DNA of 64,000 nucleotides from an uncultured Candidatus Entotheonella sp. (GTDB lineage: Bacteria > Tectomicrobia > Entotheonellia > Entotheonellales > Entotheonellaceae), in the NCBI GenBank assembly GCA_965217185.1, contig OZ244252.1:2976001-3040000 (forward strand), written 5' to 3'. The notes beneath the pieces are model-generated. The model was given only the letters and a program-made list of their open reading frames with translations, searched no databases and was not told the DNA's origin. Shown here piece after piece: positions 1-10,476 of the stretch. Made by a program: the position numbers and the translations under genes. Each line of letters begins with the position of its first letter. Position 1 is the stretch's first letter.

Positions 1-1
1 G

Positions 2-2002
2 TTCGACTTCCACGCTCTCCGCGAAAAGACCATTCCGCTCCCACCGCGTGAGCCCGATGGCTACCGACACGTGCTGTTGCTTGGCACGACCGGTGCCGGA
101 AAGACGACCCTCGTCCGGCAGCTTATCGGCACTGATCCGTCGGAGGAACGCTTCCCTTCAACATCTACCTCCAAGACCACTATCCACGATACCGAGATCA
201 TCCTAGACGACGGGCCGTGGCGGGCGGTTGTAACTTTTGTTTCGAGTGACGAAGCGAGCGAATACCTGAACGAGTGTATCTCCGCAGCGATTCGCACGAT
301 TGTCAGGGATGCCGAAGACGCGACTGACGCGACCGTGCTCCGGTGTCTTCTGAACCACGTCAATCAGCGCTTTCGCTTCAGCTATATCCTCGGGACTGGC
401 CCGAAGACCATGACGAGCATTTCCGACTTCGATGATGAGGATGAGGAGCCCGAGGCGGATGTCGGGCTATTTCCGACCGAAGAGCTCGGCGTGATCGATA
501 TGACTGCTACCAGTGAACTTCTTGCGCTATCGATCACACGTCTGCGTTCCCTGGCGGACCAACTCAGAGGACGGCTACGCACCGAATTGGACGTGAGCGA
601 CGAGGAGGGAGATAAACGCGCCCTTGACGAGTTGTTAGAAGAAGAACTCGACGACGTGTTGAGGGAGGATGAGACATTTCACGAGATTGCCGACGCCTTG
701 ATGGACGAGATCGAGAAGCGCTTCGATCTACTCCCCCCGGGAATCGTAACCAAGACCCGGCAGGGCTGGCCACTCACCTGGAAGGGAGAATGGCCGGTTG
801 AGAAGCGGAGAGAGTTCATTACGTCGATCTCGCGGTTCTCCAGCAACTATGCACCCCTGTACGGACGCCTCCTCACACCTCTTGTGAATGGGGTTCGCGT
901 CGCCGGCCCTTTCTCTCCCAAATGGAAAGACGGACAAGCTCCCAAACTCGTGCTATTCGATGGCGAAGGGTTGGGGCACACGCCGAAGTCGTCCTCCTCG
1001 GTGTCCACGGGAGTAAGCCGACTCATTGAGGCGGTAGACGCGGTACTTCTCGTGGACAATGCCACGCAACCAATGCAGGCTGCGCCACTCGCAGCCATGC
1101 GCGAACTTGTTGCGACAGGTAACGGACGGAAGCTAATCCTGGCCTTTACGCACTTCGATGAAGTCAAAGGAGACAACCTTCCAAGCACCGCTGAAAAGGC
1201 TCAACACGTATTGGCTTCGGCGGAGAACGTCCTCGCCGCTTTCGGCGAGGACCTTGGTCCTTATGCGGAGCGCATTCTTCGAAAGCGGCTGGAAGCAGCC
1301 CGCTTTTTTCTTGCAGACTTGCAGGAACCGCTTTCAGAGAATACGGGTGCGGGCCGGCGCACGATTCGTCAACTCCTGAGCCTGCTGGAGGCCATCGATC
1401 AAGTCATCAAGAAGCCGCAGCATACGGAAGCGTGCCCGGTTTACGACCGCATGAATCTCGCCCTTGCCATACGTAGCGCGGCCCGATCCTTCCAAGAGGC
1501 ATGGCGACCCTGGCTTGGTCTCGAGTCAAGGCCGGGTTTCACGAAGGAGTCTTGGCAGCGAGTCAAGGCGCTGAATCGCCGCCTCGCCGCAATGGGGAAG
1601 GATGAGTACGATACTCTACGGCCAGTCGCGGACCTTCGGCGGGAATTGCGGGATCGGATCTACGTATTCATCCAGAACCCGTTGCACTGGGAAGGTGCTG
1701 GGCCTTCGGAGGAGGAGAGGCAGAGCAAGTATGACGCTTTCGCCGACAGTCTAGGCGGGCGCCTACTCGCTCTATCGACCCGTCGCGTGTGGCGGGAGCG
1801 CATCCAGGTCTGGGAGCGTGCTTATCGGGAGTCGGGGCGAGGCTCGACCTTCGTTCGAGCCCGCATCATTGCCAATGACATCTACGAACCAGCCGCACCG
1901 ATCCCGGATGTGACACCCTCACCGGACCGCAACCAATTTCTCCGAGAAGTGGTTGCAGAGGTCGAAGCTGCTGCGGAGGAAGTTGGAGCACGACTTCTGT
2001 AG
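2..2002 (+). CDS. Dynamin-like/large P-loop GTPase domain protein, 5'-truncated by the window edge
   Basis: Frame is open from position 2 (FDFHALREK...). G1 GTTGAGKT, G2-like STSKTT, G3 DGEG, G4-like THFD, long acidic helical insert between G2 and G3; helical C-terminus. Confidence 0.7.
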   Translation, partial: FDFHALREKTIPLPPREPDGYRHVLLLGTTGAGKTTLVRQLIGTDPSEERFPSTSTSKTTIHDTEIILDDGPWRAVVTFVSSDEASEYLNECISAAIRTIVRDAEDATDATVLRCLLNHVNQRFRFSYILGTGPKTMTSISDFDDEDEEPEADVGLFPTEELGVIDMTATSELLALSITRLRSLADQLRGRLRTELDVSDEEGDKRALDELLEEELDDVLREDETFHEIADALMDEIEKRFDLLPPGIVTKTRQGWPLTWKGEWPVEKRREFITSISRFSSNYAPLYGRLLTPLVNGVRVAGPFSPKWKDGQAPKLVLFDGEGLGHTPKSSSSVSTGVSRLIEAVDAVLLVDNATQPMQAAPLAAMRELVATGNGRKLILAFTHFDEVKGDNLPSTAEKAQHVLASAENVLAAFGEDLGPYAERILRKRLEAARFFLADLQEPLSENTGAGRRTIRQLLSLLEAIDQVIKKPQHTEACPVYDRMNLALAIRSAARSFQEAWRPWLGLESRPGFTKESWQRVKALNRRLAAMGKDEYDTLRPVADLRRELRDRIYVFIQNPLHWEGAGPSEEERQSKYDAFADSLGGRLLALSTRRVWRERIQVWERAYRESGRGSTFVRARIIANDIYEPAAPIPDVTPSPDRNQFLREVVAEVEAAAEEVGARLL

Positions 2003-2059
2003 TCGAGTCGCCGCAGTGGGAAAGAAGCCGACCTGCTTCTGCCAACATCGTGCGCGAAA

Positions 2060-2398
2060 GTGCGGATATGCTCCAAGCGGGGAGGCAGAAGCTTCCCCGT
2101 CCAATCTGTTGCCGGAAGGTGTGGAGCCGCGCTGGCCGGGCCGTCACGCCACCAAGGCGACTTGTCGCTCGTGGACCGGCAACTGGTTCTGAATCCGCTC
2201 ACCGTGACGCTTTACGAGGGCGGCGAAATGGTGCTCGGCTCCCCTGCCTCATCCTTCCTTCCCAACGCCGGCAACGCCCCAGCGGTGGCCGAAGCCTACA
2301 AAGGCCAGGAATTCCACCTCGTGCTGGGCCTGCGAGCCGGCGACGACATCGCGCCCTATCGCTTCACCTTCGTCATCACCGACGTCCGGGTACGCTGA
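2060..2398 (+). pseudogene. Probable 3' remnant of an unknown gene, or a small hypothetical protein
   Basis: The part from ~2150 has host-like codon usage and protein-like sequence (LVLNPLTVTLYEGGE...YRFTFVITDVRVR); the 5' part does not look coding and has no clear RBS. Confidence 0.35.
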
Positions 2399-2428
2399 GA
2401 CCCCTCATCACATCCGGCCCCACGGCGA

Positions 2429-4546
2429 TCAGGCACCCGCCACCTCGACCAGGGTGTCGGAAAACGTCGGAGCGCTGCCATAATCCGCGAAAGCCGGCGG
2501 GTTGATCGCGTTCACCGTATACCCGTTGCGGCTGTCCTTTGCCCAATAGCCCATGGGCGCCACGACGACACCCAGGCGGGCGTCTTCGGTGACCCGCGCC
2601 ACGGCGTGGAAATCGCCGCGGTCGTTAAAGACCCGAACCTCGCCGCCATCGGAGATCCCCCGCTCGCCGGCGTCCGCCGGATTGATCATCACCAGCTGCT
2701 CGCCGGCGTGATACAACTGCGTTCGCAGATTGCCGAATGACGAGTTCAGGAAGGCATGGCTCTTGGGCGAAATCATGTTGAGGGGGTAACGGGCCGCCAG
2801 CGACGGGTTGGTATCGGGCGACTCGTTTTGCGGGATGAAGTTGGGCAATGGATCAAGCGATTCGCCCGACTGGTAGGCCACGTATCCCTGGCGGAACAGG
2901 GGCAACACCATGTTGCCGACTTCGGCCATCGAGGACTTGAATTCGGCCTTCCCGGAAGGGGTCGGGAAATTGCCCTCGCGGTGCGGTACGAAATCGTCGG
3001 GCGAGCCGACCTTGAGGCGCGCATAACCGGTCTGGCGCAAACTGTCGAGGTCGATGCCTTCGAGCACCGGACTGCTCCAATCCAGCGCGCCCTGAGCCAT
3101 TTCCTCGTCCGTGCGTTGCCAGTGAGGGTCGTCGAAGCCCATGGCGCCTGCAAGCCGCCGGAACAGCTCGGTGTTCGGCACCGCTTCGCCGAGCGGTTCG
3201 ATGGCCGGTTCGTTCAGCGTCAGGTACAGATGGCCCCACGAGAACATGAGGTCGAACTGTTCGAGCTGCGTTGTCGCCGGCAGGACGATATCCGCATAGC
3301 GCGCGGTATCGGTGATGAAATGTTCGCTGACCACCGTGAACAGGTCTTCGCGGGCCAGGCCGCGCAGGATTTTGTCCTGTTCCGGCGCCGCCACGGCGGG
3401 ATTGGAGTTGTAGACGCACAGCGAATTGATCTTGTGGTCGAGCTCGCCCAGAAGCGCCGGGCCCAGCCGCCACTGGTTGATCACCGGGGTGCCTTCGGGA
3501 ATCCAATCGGGGCGGCTCAGATCATCCCATTTCATGGGGAACGCCCAGATTGGCATGTGCAGGATGCCGCCGCCGCAATGGCGCCATGAGCCCACCAACG
3601 CGGGCAGGCACGACATGGCGCGGACGGCGTTGCCACCCGACGCGTTGCGCTCGATCGCCACGCCCATCCGAATGACCGATGGCTGCGTGGTGGCAAATTC
3701 CCGCGCCAGGGTTCGAATGTCGGCGGTGGAAATGCCGGTGATGGCGGCAACCTTTTCCGGGGTGAAACCGGAGGCCCGGTCTTTCAGTTCCTCGTAGCCG
3801 ACGGTGTATTTCTCGACGTAATCATGGTCGACCAGATCCTCGGCGATGATGACGTTGATCATGCCGAGCGCCAGCGCGGCATCGGTGCCGGGCTTGATGG
3901 GCAGGTGCCAGTCGGCCTGCTTGGCGGTCCGCGTGGCGACGGGGTCGATGACCACGACCTTGGCGCCGCGGCGCTGCGCCTCGGCGATGAACGGCCAGTG
4001 ATGCAGGTTGTTGCTGATCGTGTTGATCGCCCACAAAATGATGTATCTCGAGTGGACGAAACTCTCCGGATCCACCGCAGCGGTAGGGCCGCAGGTCATG
4101 AAGAATGCGGTGATGGCGGCGGAATCGCAGAAGGTGCGCTCGGCCACCGTGGCGCCGAGCTTGTTGAAGAAGGCGTCCCCCGCGTTCAGCCCGTTCAGGA
4201 TGCCTTCCGTACCGAGGTAGCTGTAAGGCATGATGGCGGCGGGGCCGTCACGGTCGATGATCTCGGTCCAGCGGCTGGAAATTTCCTGCAGCGCCTCGTC
4301 CCAGGTGATTGGATGGAATTCCCCGGCGCCCTTGGCGCCGGTGCGGCGCAACGGAGTCAGCACCCGGTTGTCGCTATAGACCCGATTTTCGTAATCGTTG
4401 ACCTTGACGCAGAGTCCGCCCCGCGTGAACGGATGATCCGGGCTGCCCCGTACGGCAACCGCCTTGCCGTCACGAACGGTGGTCAACATCGCACAGGTGT
4501 CAGGACAATCATGCGGACACGCGCTGAAAACAGTCGTCTCGGCCAT
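2429..4546 (-). CDS. Molybdopterin (bis-MGD) oxidoreductase, YoaE/YyaE-like, cytoplasmic
   Basis: N-terminal CPHDCPDTC...C [4Fe-4S] motif; TDTARYADIVLPA; C-terminal molydop-binding domain; no Tat signal. Confidence 0.9.
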   Translation of the reverse strand: MAETTVFSACPHDCPDTCAMLTTVRDGKAVAVRGSPDHPFTRGGLCVKVNDYENRVYSDNRVLTPLRRTGAKGAGEFHPITWDEALQEISSRWTEIIDRDGPAAIMPYSYLGTEGILNGLNAGDAFFNKLGATVAERTFCDSAAITAFFMTCGPTAAVDPESFVHSRYIILWAINTISNNLHHWPFIAEAQRRGAKVVVIDPVATRTAKQADWHLPIKPGTDAALALGMINVIIAEDLVDHDYVEKYTVGYEELKDRASGFTPEKVAAITGISTADIRTLAREFATTQPSVIRMGVAIERNASGGNAVRAMSCLPALVGSWRHCGGGILHMPIWAFPMKWDDLSRPDWIPEGTPVINQWRLGPALLGELDHKINSLCVYNSNPAVAAPEQDKILRGLAREDLFTVVSEHFITDTARYADIVLPATTQLEQFDLMFSWGHLYLTLNEPAIEPLGEAVPNTELFRRLAGAMGFDDPHWQRTDEEMAQGALDWSSPVLEGIDLDSLRQTGYARLKVGSPDDFVPHREGNFPTPSGKAEFKSSMAEVGNMVLPLFRQGYVAYQSGESLDPLPNFIPQNESPDTNPSLAARYPLNMISPKSHAFLNSSFGNLRTQLYHAGEQLVMINPADAGERGISDGGEVRVFNDRGDFHAVARVTEDARLGVVVAPMGYWAKDSRNGYTVNAINPPAFADYGSAPTFSDTLVEVAGA

Positions 4547-4630
4547 AACCCAATTTCCCCCTCGCTCCCGTGTCGTAAAGGCCCGCGTGCTTCTTTGCCG
4601 CGGTTTGTCAGGACATCCAGGGCCGCAGCC

Positions 4631-5986
4631 CTACACCTCGAGCAGCGCCGCCGGAATGGCATCGTGCAGAATCGCCACGATGCGATCCACTTGCTCCGCG
4701 CTGGTCACCAGAGGCGGCGCAAGACAGACCACCTCACCCCGCATGCGGGTGAACAGCCCGCGTTGCACCATCTCCTGGTGCATGCGCGGACCCACTTTGG
4801 CGTCAGCCGGGAACGGCGCCTTGCTGGCCTTGTCCGCCACCAACTCGACGGCGGTCATGAGGCCCAGGCCGCGCACCTCGCCGACGCCGTCCAGGTCGTC
4901 CAGCGTGTGCAGCCCTTCGAGCAGGCGATTGCCCATCTCGGCGGCCCGCTGCACCAGCCCTTCTTGTTCGATGATGTCGATGTTGGCCAATGCCACCGCG
5001 CTGCAGGTAGGGTGGCCGGAATAGGTGTAGGCGTGCATCCAGCGCTGCGACGGCGGCACGTCGGCCATCACCTGCTTCACTTTGTCCGCCACGCCGATAC
5101 CGCCGAGCGGCACGTAGCCGCTGGTGATGCCCTTGGCGAACTGCATGATGTCCGGCTCGATGCCCCAGTGCTCCAGGCCGAACCAGGTGCCGGTGCGTCC
5201 GAAGCCGGTGATGACGTCGTCGCTGATCAACAGCACGTCATACGCGTCGCAGATTTCGCGAATGCGCGGGAAGTAATCCTCTTGCGGCACGATGACGCCG
5301 CCGGCGCCCTGAACCGGCTCGGCGATGAACGCCGCCACCGTGTCCGGCCCCTCGCGCAGGATGGCTTCCTCCAGCAGATTGGCCGCCGCCACGCCGGGGC
5401 TGGTGCTGCCGTCGCCGCCTTGGAAGCGATACGGATACGGCGAGTCGATGTGCACGAAATTGGGCACCAGCGGCTCGAACATGCGCCAGTAATCCGGGAT
5501 GCCGGTGGCGCTCATGGCGGCCATCGTGACGCCATGGTAACCCAGGTGGCGCGAAATGATCTTGATCTTGTCCGGTTTGCCCTGGGCCTTCCAGTAAAAC
5601 CGCGCCGTCTTGAACGAGCTCTCGGTCGATTCGGCCCCGCCGCTGGTGAAGAAGAAGGTGTTGATGGAGGGGTAGGTCAGGCCGCTGAGCCGCTCCGCCA
5701 GCTCGATGGCCGGCAGGTTGCTGGCACCGGTGTACGAGGAGCAGTAGGCGAGGGTCTGCATCTGCTGCATCGCCGCCTCGGCCAGTTCCCGCCTGCCGTG
5801 GCCGACGTTGATGTTCCACAACCCGCTGAGGCCGTCGATGAATTCATCGCCGTGAATGTCCCGCATGACGGCGCCGCTGGCTTCGACCCAGATCTTCGGC
5901 TCCTGGTGGTCGGATGGGTGATACAACGGGTGAATGAGGTGGGCCAGGTCAGACTGCGTGCGCTCAACCGCCGTGCGTGATGTCAT
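4631..5986 (-). CDS. Class III PLP aminotransferase (omega-amine/putrescine type)
   Basis: GLWNINVGHGR, SGGAES, YHG, EPVQGAGG, DDVITGFGRTG, AKGITSGYVPLG. Confidence 0.92.
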   Translation of the reverse strand: MTSRTAVERTQSDLAHLIHPLYHPSDHQEPKIWVEASGAVMRDIHGDEFIDGLSGLWNINVGHGRRELAEAAMQQMQTLAYCSSYTGASNLPAIELAERLSGLTYPSINTFFFTSGGAESTESSFKTARFYWKAQGKPDKIKIISRHLGYHGVTMAAMSATGIPDYWRMFEPLVPNFVHIDSPYPYRFQGGDGSTSPGVAAANLLEEAILREGPDTVAAFIAEPVQGAGGVIVPQEDYFPRIREICDAYDVLLISDDVITGFGRTGTWFGLEHWGIEPDIMQFAKGITSGYVPLGGIGVADKVKQVMADVPPSQRWMHAYTYSGHPTCSAVALANIDIIEQEGLVQRAAEMGNRLLEGLHTLDDLDGVGEVRGLGLMTAVELVADKASKAPFPADAKVGPRMHQEMVQRGLFTRMRGEVVCLAPPLVTSAEQVDRIVAILHDAIPAALLEV

Positions 5987-6190
5987 CAGTGTGTCCCTCG
6001 CAAAGAAGTAGGAATGCCCCGGCTGAATGGCGTCCGGTTGTACAGAAGCCCCTGGGTCATGTCAAGGCGACTGGACGGGCCTCGCCGTGGCTTGCTTCAG
6101 GCATGCCCCGTCGTTTACAATGCCGGACTTGGTTATCCGTCTGGACAGAAGCGATCTCGTTTGCTCGTCGCGCCGTAGAAAGGAAACCCA

Positions 6191-6820
6191 GTGGGACTGG
6201 AAACGATCTTTGGAAGCGGATTCATCACCTCGCAACTCAACAAAATCATCAACTGGGGGCGCAAGAACTCCTTCTTTCCCCTGCCCTTCGTGACCGCCTG
6301 CTGCGGCATGGAATTCATGGCCACCTGGGGGTCGCACTACGACGTTGCCCGCTTTGGCGCGGAACTGCCGCGGTTTTCGCCCCGGCAATCCGATCTGCTC
6401 ATGGTGGTCGGCACGATCAATCACAAGATCGCCCCGGTGCTCAAGCGAGTCTACGATCAGATGTGCGAGCCGAAGTGGGTGATCGCCTTCGGGGCCTGCG
6501 CGTCTTCGGGAGGGTTTTACCGGAATTACGCCACCGTGCAGGGCATCGACCGCATCATTCCGGTGGATGTGTACATCGCGGGTTGCCCGCCGCGCCCGGA
6601 GGCGGTGCTGGAGGGGCTGATGCTGCTGCAGAAGAAGGTTGAGGGCGAGGACGTTCTCAATCGAGGCGCTCCCATCATGGTAAACGGCCAAGCTTATTCC
6701 GAGGAACGCCTGGTGCACGTCGAGCCGCCGGTGGACCGCCGGGCCGATCACGTCATCGCGTCGCACGAGGGGCCGGGCGTGCATCCCTGGCAAGGCTTCG
6801 AAGAAGCCGAACGCCGTTGA
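6191..6820 (+). CDS. nuoB: NADH-quinone oxidoreductase subunit B, stand-alone copy
   Basis: TACCGME, SPRQSD, VYDQMCEPKWVIAFGACASSGG, PVDVYIAGCPPRPEA. Confidence 0.9.
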   Translation: MGLETIFGSGFITSQLNKIINWGRKNSFFPLPFVTACCGMEFMATWGSHYDVARFGAELPRFSPRQSDLLMVVGTINHKIAPVLKRVYDQMCEPKWVIAFGACASSGGFYRNYATVQGIDRIIPVDVYIAGCPPRPEAVLEGLMLLQKKVEGEDVLNRGAPIMVNGQAYSEERLVHVEPPVDRRADHVIASHEGPGVHPWQGFEEAERR

Positions 6821-6844
6821 TCCATCCACCCGCCGCTGCCGGTC

Positions 6845-7744
6845 TCAGTTGTCCTTTGGCGGCTGGCGCACCTGCATTCCCAAATTATCCTCCAACACCT
6901 GCATCATGCCGCTCAGATCGTTCCCACCGCGGCCGTTGGCGCGCGCCTGACGCATCAGGTTGATACACACACTGCCCATCACCAGCGGCACCGACAGCTC
7001 ATCGCCGAGTTCCAACGCCAGACGCAGATCCTTGTGCGCCAAGTCGATGGTGAAGCCGGGGGAGAAATCCCCGGCGAAAATCTTGTGGGGAAACTGCCGC
7101 ATGGCCCAACTGGCGCCGCTGCTGGATTGAACGATGTCGTGCAGAATCTGCGGGTCAACGCCCGCCTTGACGCCCAGCAGCATGCCCTCGAATGCCGCCA
7201 TGGAGTTGACGAATGCCAGCATGTTGTTGACCACCTTGGCTACGCAGCCGCTGCCGCTGTCGCCGACCCGGAAAACATTGGCGCCGATGTGCTGCAGCAG
7301 GGGCCGGACGGTTTCAAAGGCGTTCGCGTCGCCGCCCACCATGACGGCCAAAGTCGCTTGCTCGGCGCCCACCACACCGCCGCTCACCGGCGCATCCAGC
7401 ATCGTGACGCCCTTAGCCGCCAGGGTGGCGCACAGCCGCTGCGCCACGGTCGGGGAGTTGGTGCTCAGATCGACATAGATCAGACCCGGGCGGGCGGCGT
7501 CCGCAATGCCGTCGGTCCCCAGCGCCACCCGCTCAATTTCCCGCGGTCCCGGCAGCGAGCTGAACACGATGTCGCACGCCAGCGCCACCGCCTTGGGGCT
7601 GCCGGCCTGCTGAGCGCCCAGGCTGACCATGCGCGCCAGGTTCGATGGATGCACGTCGAATACCAACACGTCATGGCCGGCCTCGATCAGGTGACGACAC
7701 ATCGGCGTGCCAATGTTCCCGACCCCGATAAATCCAAGTTGCAT
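6845..7744 (-). CDS. 3-hydroxyisobutyrate dehydrogenase / tartronate semialdehyde reductase family
   Basis: GFIGVGNIG Rossmann motif, DAPVSGG, AKVVNN, FTIDLAHKDL; start placed at MQLGF. Confidence 0.9.
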   Translation of the reverse strand: MQLGFIGVGNIGTPMCRHLIEAGHDVLVFDVHPSNLARMVSLGAQQAGSPKAVALACDIVFSSLPGPREIERVALGTDGIADAARPGLIYVDLSTNSPTVAQRLCATLAAKGVTMLDAPVSGGVVGAEQATLAVMVGGDANAFETVRPLLQHIGANVFRVGDSGSGCVAKVVNNMLAFVNSMAAFEGMLLGVKAGVDPQILHDIVQSSSGASWAMRQFPHKIFAGDFSPGFTIDLAHKDLRLALELGDELSVPLVMGSVCINLMRQARANGRGGNDLSGMMQVLEDNLGMQVRQPPKDN

Positions 7745-7960
7745 CACGATTCCCCTCTCGCAGGTAGGATTTTCCGGCCCATCCGGCGCCGTGCGTTTTG
7801 TGAAGGCGCCCATCGTACACACACGGAAAGGGGCACTCAAGACCACACGGGCCGCTTCCCGACGTGCCCGGAACGGCTTGACCCTGCCCCTGCCCCTTGC
7901 TAGAGTGAGCCGCGAATTTGGCTGCCAACCTGTCTCCCTCCAATCGAATCAGGAACAATT

Positions 7961-8434
7961 ATGAATTCGGCTCCAGTCAGCAAAGAAGCGGTCGTCCTCA
8001 AGTTGTTGGCAGAGGGAGACACCATGTTGTGCCTCGATGCACGCCACCCCGACGTTTGCATTCCGCCGCACCAAGCCCAGAACCCGGCCCTGCGGCTGAT
8101 CCTCAATCGCGACTTTCCGCGCCCCATCGACGTGACCGAGGAAGGTATCAGCGTCAACCTGTCGTTCGGCGGGCGGCGATTCGATTGCTACGTCGCCATG
8201 GACGCGCTGTGGGCGGCGTTCAATCCGCACACCATGGAAGGGGCCCTGTGGCAGGAAAGTGCCTCGCCCGAGGTGCTGGAAAGTCTCAAGGCTCAGTTGC
8301 AGGTGAAGCAGACCGCCGAGCCAGCTCCTGACGCAGCGCGCAAGCTAGGGCCGAAAGCGGTGCCGCGCGTCAACGACGAGGCGCCAGCCTCCCAAACGCC
8401 TCGCAAACGGGGGCACCTGCGTTTGGTGAAGTAA
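7961..8434 (+). CDS. sspB: SspB-like ClpXP adaptor (stringent starvation protein B family)
   Basis: LDARHPDVCIP, LRLILN, ISVNLSFGG; C-terminal HLRLVK ClpX-binding-type motif. Confidence 0.75.
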   Translation: MNSAPVSKEAVVLKLLAEGDTMLCLDARHPDVCIPPHQAQNPALRLILNRDFPRPIDVTEEGISVNLSFGGRRFDCYVAMDALWAAFNPHTMEGALWQESASPEVLESLKAQLQVKQTAEPAPDAARKLGPKAVPRVNDEAPASQTPRKRGHLRLVK

Positions 8435-8468
8435 CCCGGCCGATGCCCGCCGGACGCGGAATCACACC

Positions 8469-9557
8469 ATGGCCAAACTCGACGCCTTCTTCAAGCTCAT
8501 GACGGAGCAGGGGGCGAGTGACCTCCACCTAGCCTCTGGCTCCCCGCCCCTATTGCGAGTCAATGGCGACCTGCAGCGCGTGCGTTACCCCGCCTTAAGC
8601 AACGACGACCTCAAGACCATGCTGTATGAAGTCACCCCGGAGACCATGGTGAAACAGTTTGAGGAAACGGGGGACGCTGATTTTGCCCACGAGGCGCCCG
8701 GCTTGTCGCGTTACCGGGTCAACCTGTTCCTGCAGCAACACGGCGTCGCAGCGGTGTTCCGACAAATTCCCACCACCATTCCCAACCTCGAAGCACTCGG
8801 GCTGCCGCGCATCCTGCTCAAATTACCCCTCTTGCCGCAGGGGCTCGTGCTGGTCACCGGGCCGACCGGCAGCGGCAAATCCACCACCTTGGCAGCGCTG
8901 ATCGATTACGCCAATACGCACCGCAGGGACCACATCCTGACCATCGAGGACCCGGTGGAATTCGTCCACGCTAACAAGAACTGCGTGGTCAATCAGCGCG
9001 AGGTCGGCAGCCATACGCGCACGTTCGCCGCGGCGCTGCGGGCCGTGTTGCGGGAGGATCCGGACATCATCATGGTGGGCGAGATGCGCGACCTGGAAAC
9101 GATTCGTTTCGCCATCGAAGCGGCCTCGACCGGGCATCTGGTGTTTGCCACGCTGCACACCCGGAACGCCGCCGCCACCATCAGCCGCATGGTGGATCTT
9201 TTCCCCGCCTCGCAACAGTCTTTGGTTCGTGCAACCCTGGCCGACTCGCTACAGGCCATCGTGGCACAGGTGCTGTTGAAGCGGCGCGATGCCGCCGGCC
9301 GCTGCGGCGCGCTGGAAATCCTTCTCGCCACCCCGGCGGTGCGCGCCCTCATTCGGGAAGGCAAAACCCATCAGATTCCCACCGTGCTGCAAACCGGCAA
9401 GGCGTACGGCATGCAAGCGCTCGACGACGCGCTGCTGGAACACGTGCAGAGCGGGCGCATTCATGCAGTGGACGCCTATCCGCATGCCACGGACAAGACT
9501 CGCTTCCGAGCCTTCCTAGACAGCACGGACAACCCTGCCGACACAACTCTGATGTAG
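8469..9557 (+). CDS. pilT: Type IV pilus retraction ATPase PilT family
   Basis: ASDLHL, GPTGSGKSTT, TIEDPVE, LREDPD..MVGEMRD, TGHLVFATLHT, AVRALIRE. Confidence 0.9.
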   Translation: MAKLDAFFKLMTEQGASDLHLASGSPPLLRVNGDLQRVRYPALSNDDLKTMLYEVTPETMVKQFEETGDADFAHEAPGLSRYRVNLFLQQHGVAAVFRQIPTTIPNLEALGLPRILLKLPLLPQGLVLVTGPTGSGKSTTLAALIDYANTHRRDHILTIEDPVEFVHANKNCVVNQREVGSHTRTFAAALRAVLREDPDIIMVGEMRDLETIRFAIEAASTGHLVFATLHTRNAAATISRMVDLFPASQQSLVRATLADSLQAIVAQVLLKRRDAAGRCGALEILLATPAVRALIREGKTHQIPTVLQTGKAYGMQALDDALLEHVQSGRIHAVDAYPHATDKTRFRAFLDSTDNPADTTLM

Positions 9558-9636
9558 GAGAATGATGGATGGGTGAGGCGGCCGGAACGGCCGCCAACCG
9601 GAGGGATAGAGCAAGCAGCACGACCCCGCAGGGCGC

Positions 9637-10116
9637 TTATCTTTTAAACCGCTCCTCTTTGGGTTTGCGGAACGGCTTGTGGCAATCGCCACAGGCTTTG
9701 CCGAGGTTCTTCACCTGCGCGCCAATGGCCGCCATGTCGCCGGCGGAGGCGATGTCGGCCAGCTTGGCGCTTTCTTCCTGGAGCGTCTCTGCCGCGGCCA
9801 CGAACTTGTCCCAATCCTGCCAGACATCGGGCTTGGCATCGGTACGCCCCTCGGTGATCTCTTTTTCAAATGCGTCCTTAATCAGCGTGCTCATGCGCGA
9901 GATGTCGCTGGCATGCGTCTCGATATGGCCCGCAAAAGGCAGCTTGTGCTTCAAAATGTCGCCAATCGCCCCCATGCTGGCCCCGATGGAATGCATCACC
10001 TTCTGCCGATAACCCAAGTAATGCTCATCGTCTTGCGCCTGTGCGCCGGTCAGCATGAGAACCAACCCAAGTATGCCAATCAACAGCGCCATCAGTGTAA
10101 GTTGCCTGCGTCTCAT
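9637..10116 (-). CDS. Class II cytochrome c (c'/c556) with signal peptide
   Basis: Signal peptide; RQKVM; AKPDVWQDW; C-terminal CGDCH heme motif; GGAGG RBS before ATG at 10116. Confidence 0.9.
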   Translation of the reverse strand: MRRRQLTLMALLIGILGLVLMLTGAQAQDDEHYLGYRQKVMHSIGASMGAIGDILKHKLPFAGHIETHASDISRMSTLIKDAFEKEITEGRTDAKPDVWQDWDKFVAAAETLQEESAKLADIASAGDMAAIGAQVKNLGKACGDCHKPFRKPKEERFKR

Positions 10117-10203
10117 AGAATTCCTCCCCCGTGATGCGATGGACGTACTAGCCGTGTTCGGTTGAACATTCCCCACCCAGGACACCGTGCTGCTCTGCGG
10201 CGG

Positions 10204-10233
10204 AAAGTAGCACCCCCGGCTTTTTCATGTCAA
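10204..10233 (-). promoter_or_regulatory. Putative sigma70 promoter of the cytochrome gene
   Basis: Minus strand TTGACA-18nt-TACTTT with TG before the -10. Confidence 0.45.
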
Positions 10234-10476
10234 GCTATGACAAGATGATCGGGCAAGCCGAAGTGGTGTGGCAATGCAAGCATCAAAATGTTGCCCGAAG
10301 ACGCGTTTATGCCCTTTCTAAGTGGTTATTAGCCGCCGGACGTCGATGCAGGGCCTTTACAAGCGTGATATACTACTCGGCCATTGTGGTTGGCAATCTG
10401 TAGCAGCCAAAACCGCGACCCCCACAGAACCAAGACTTGTGACCTATCACTTTCCTGATAGGAGGCAGCAGAGCAT

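Noticed and set aside
3824..5980. 718-aa plus-strand ORF
   Set aside because: Antisense to the aminotransferase and Mo-oxidoreductase genes; no motifs.
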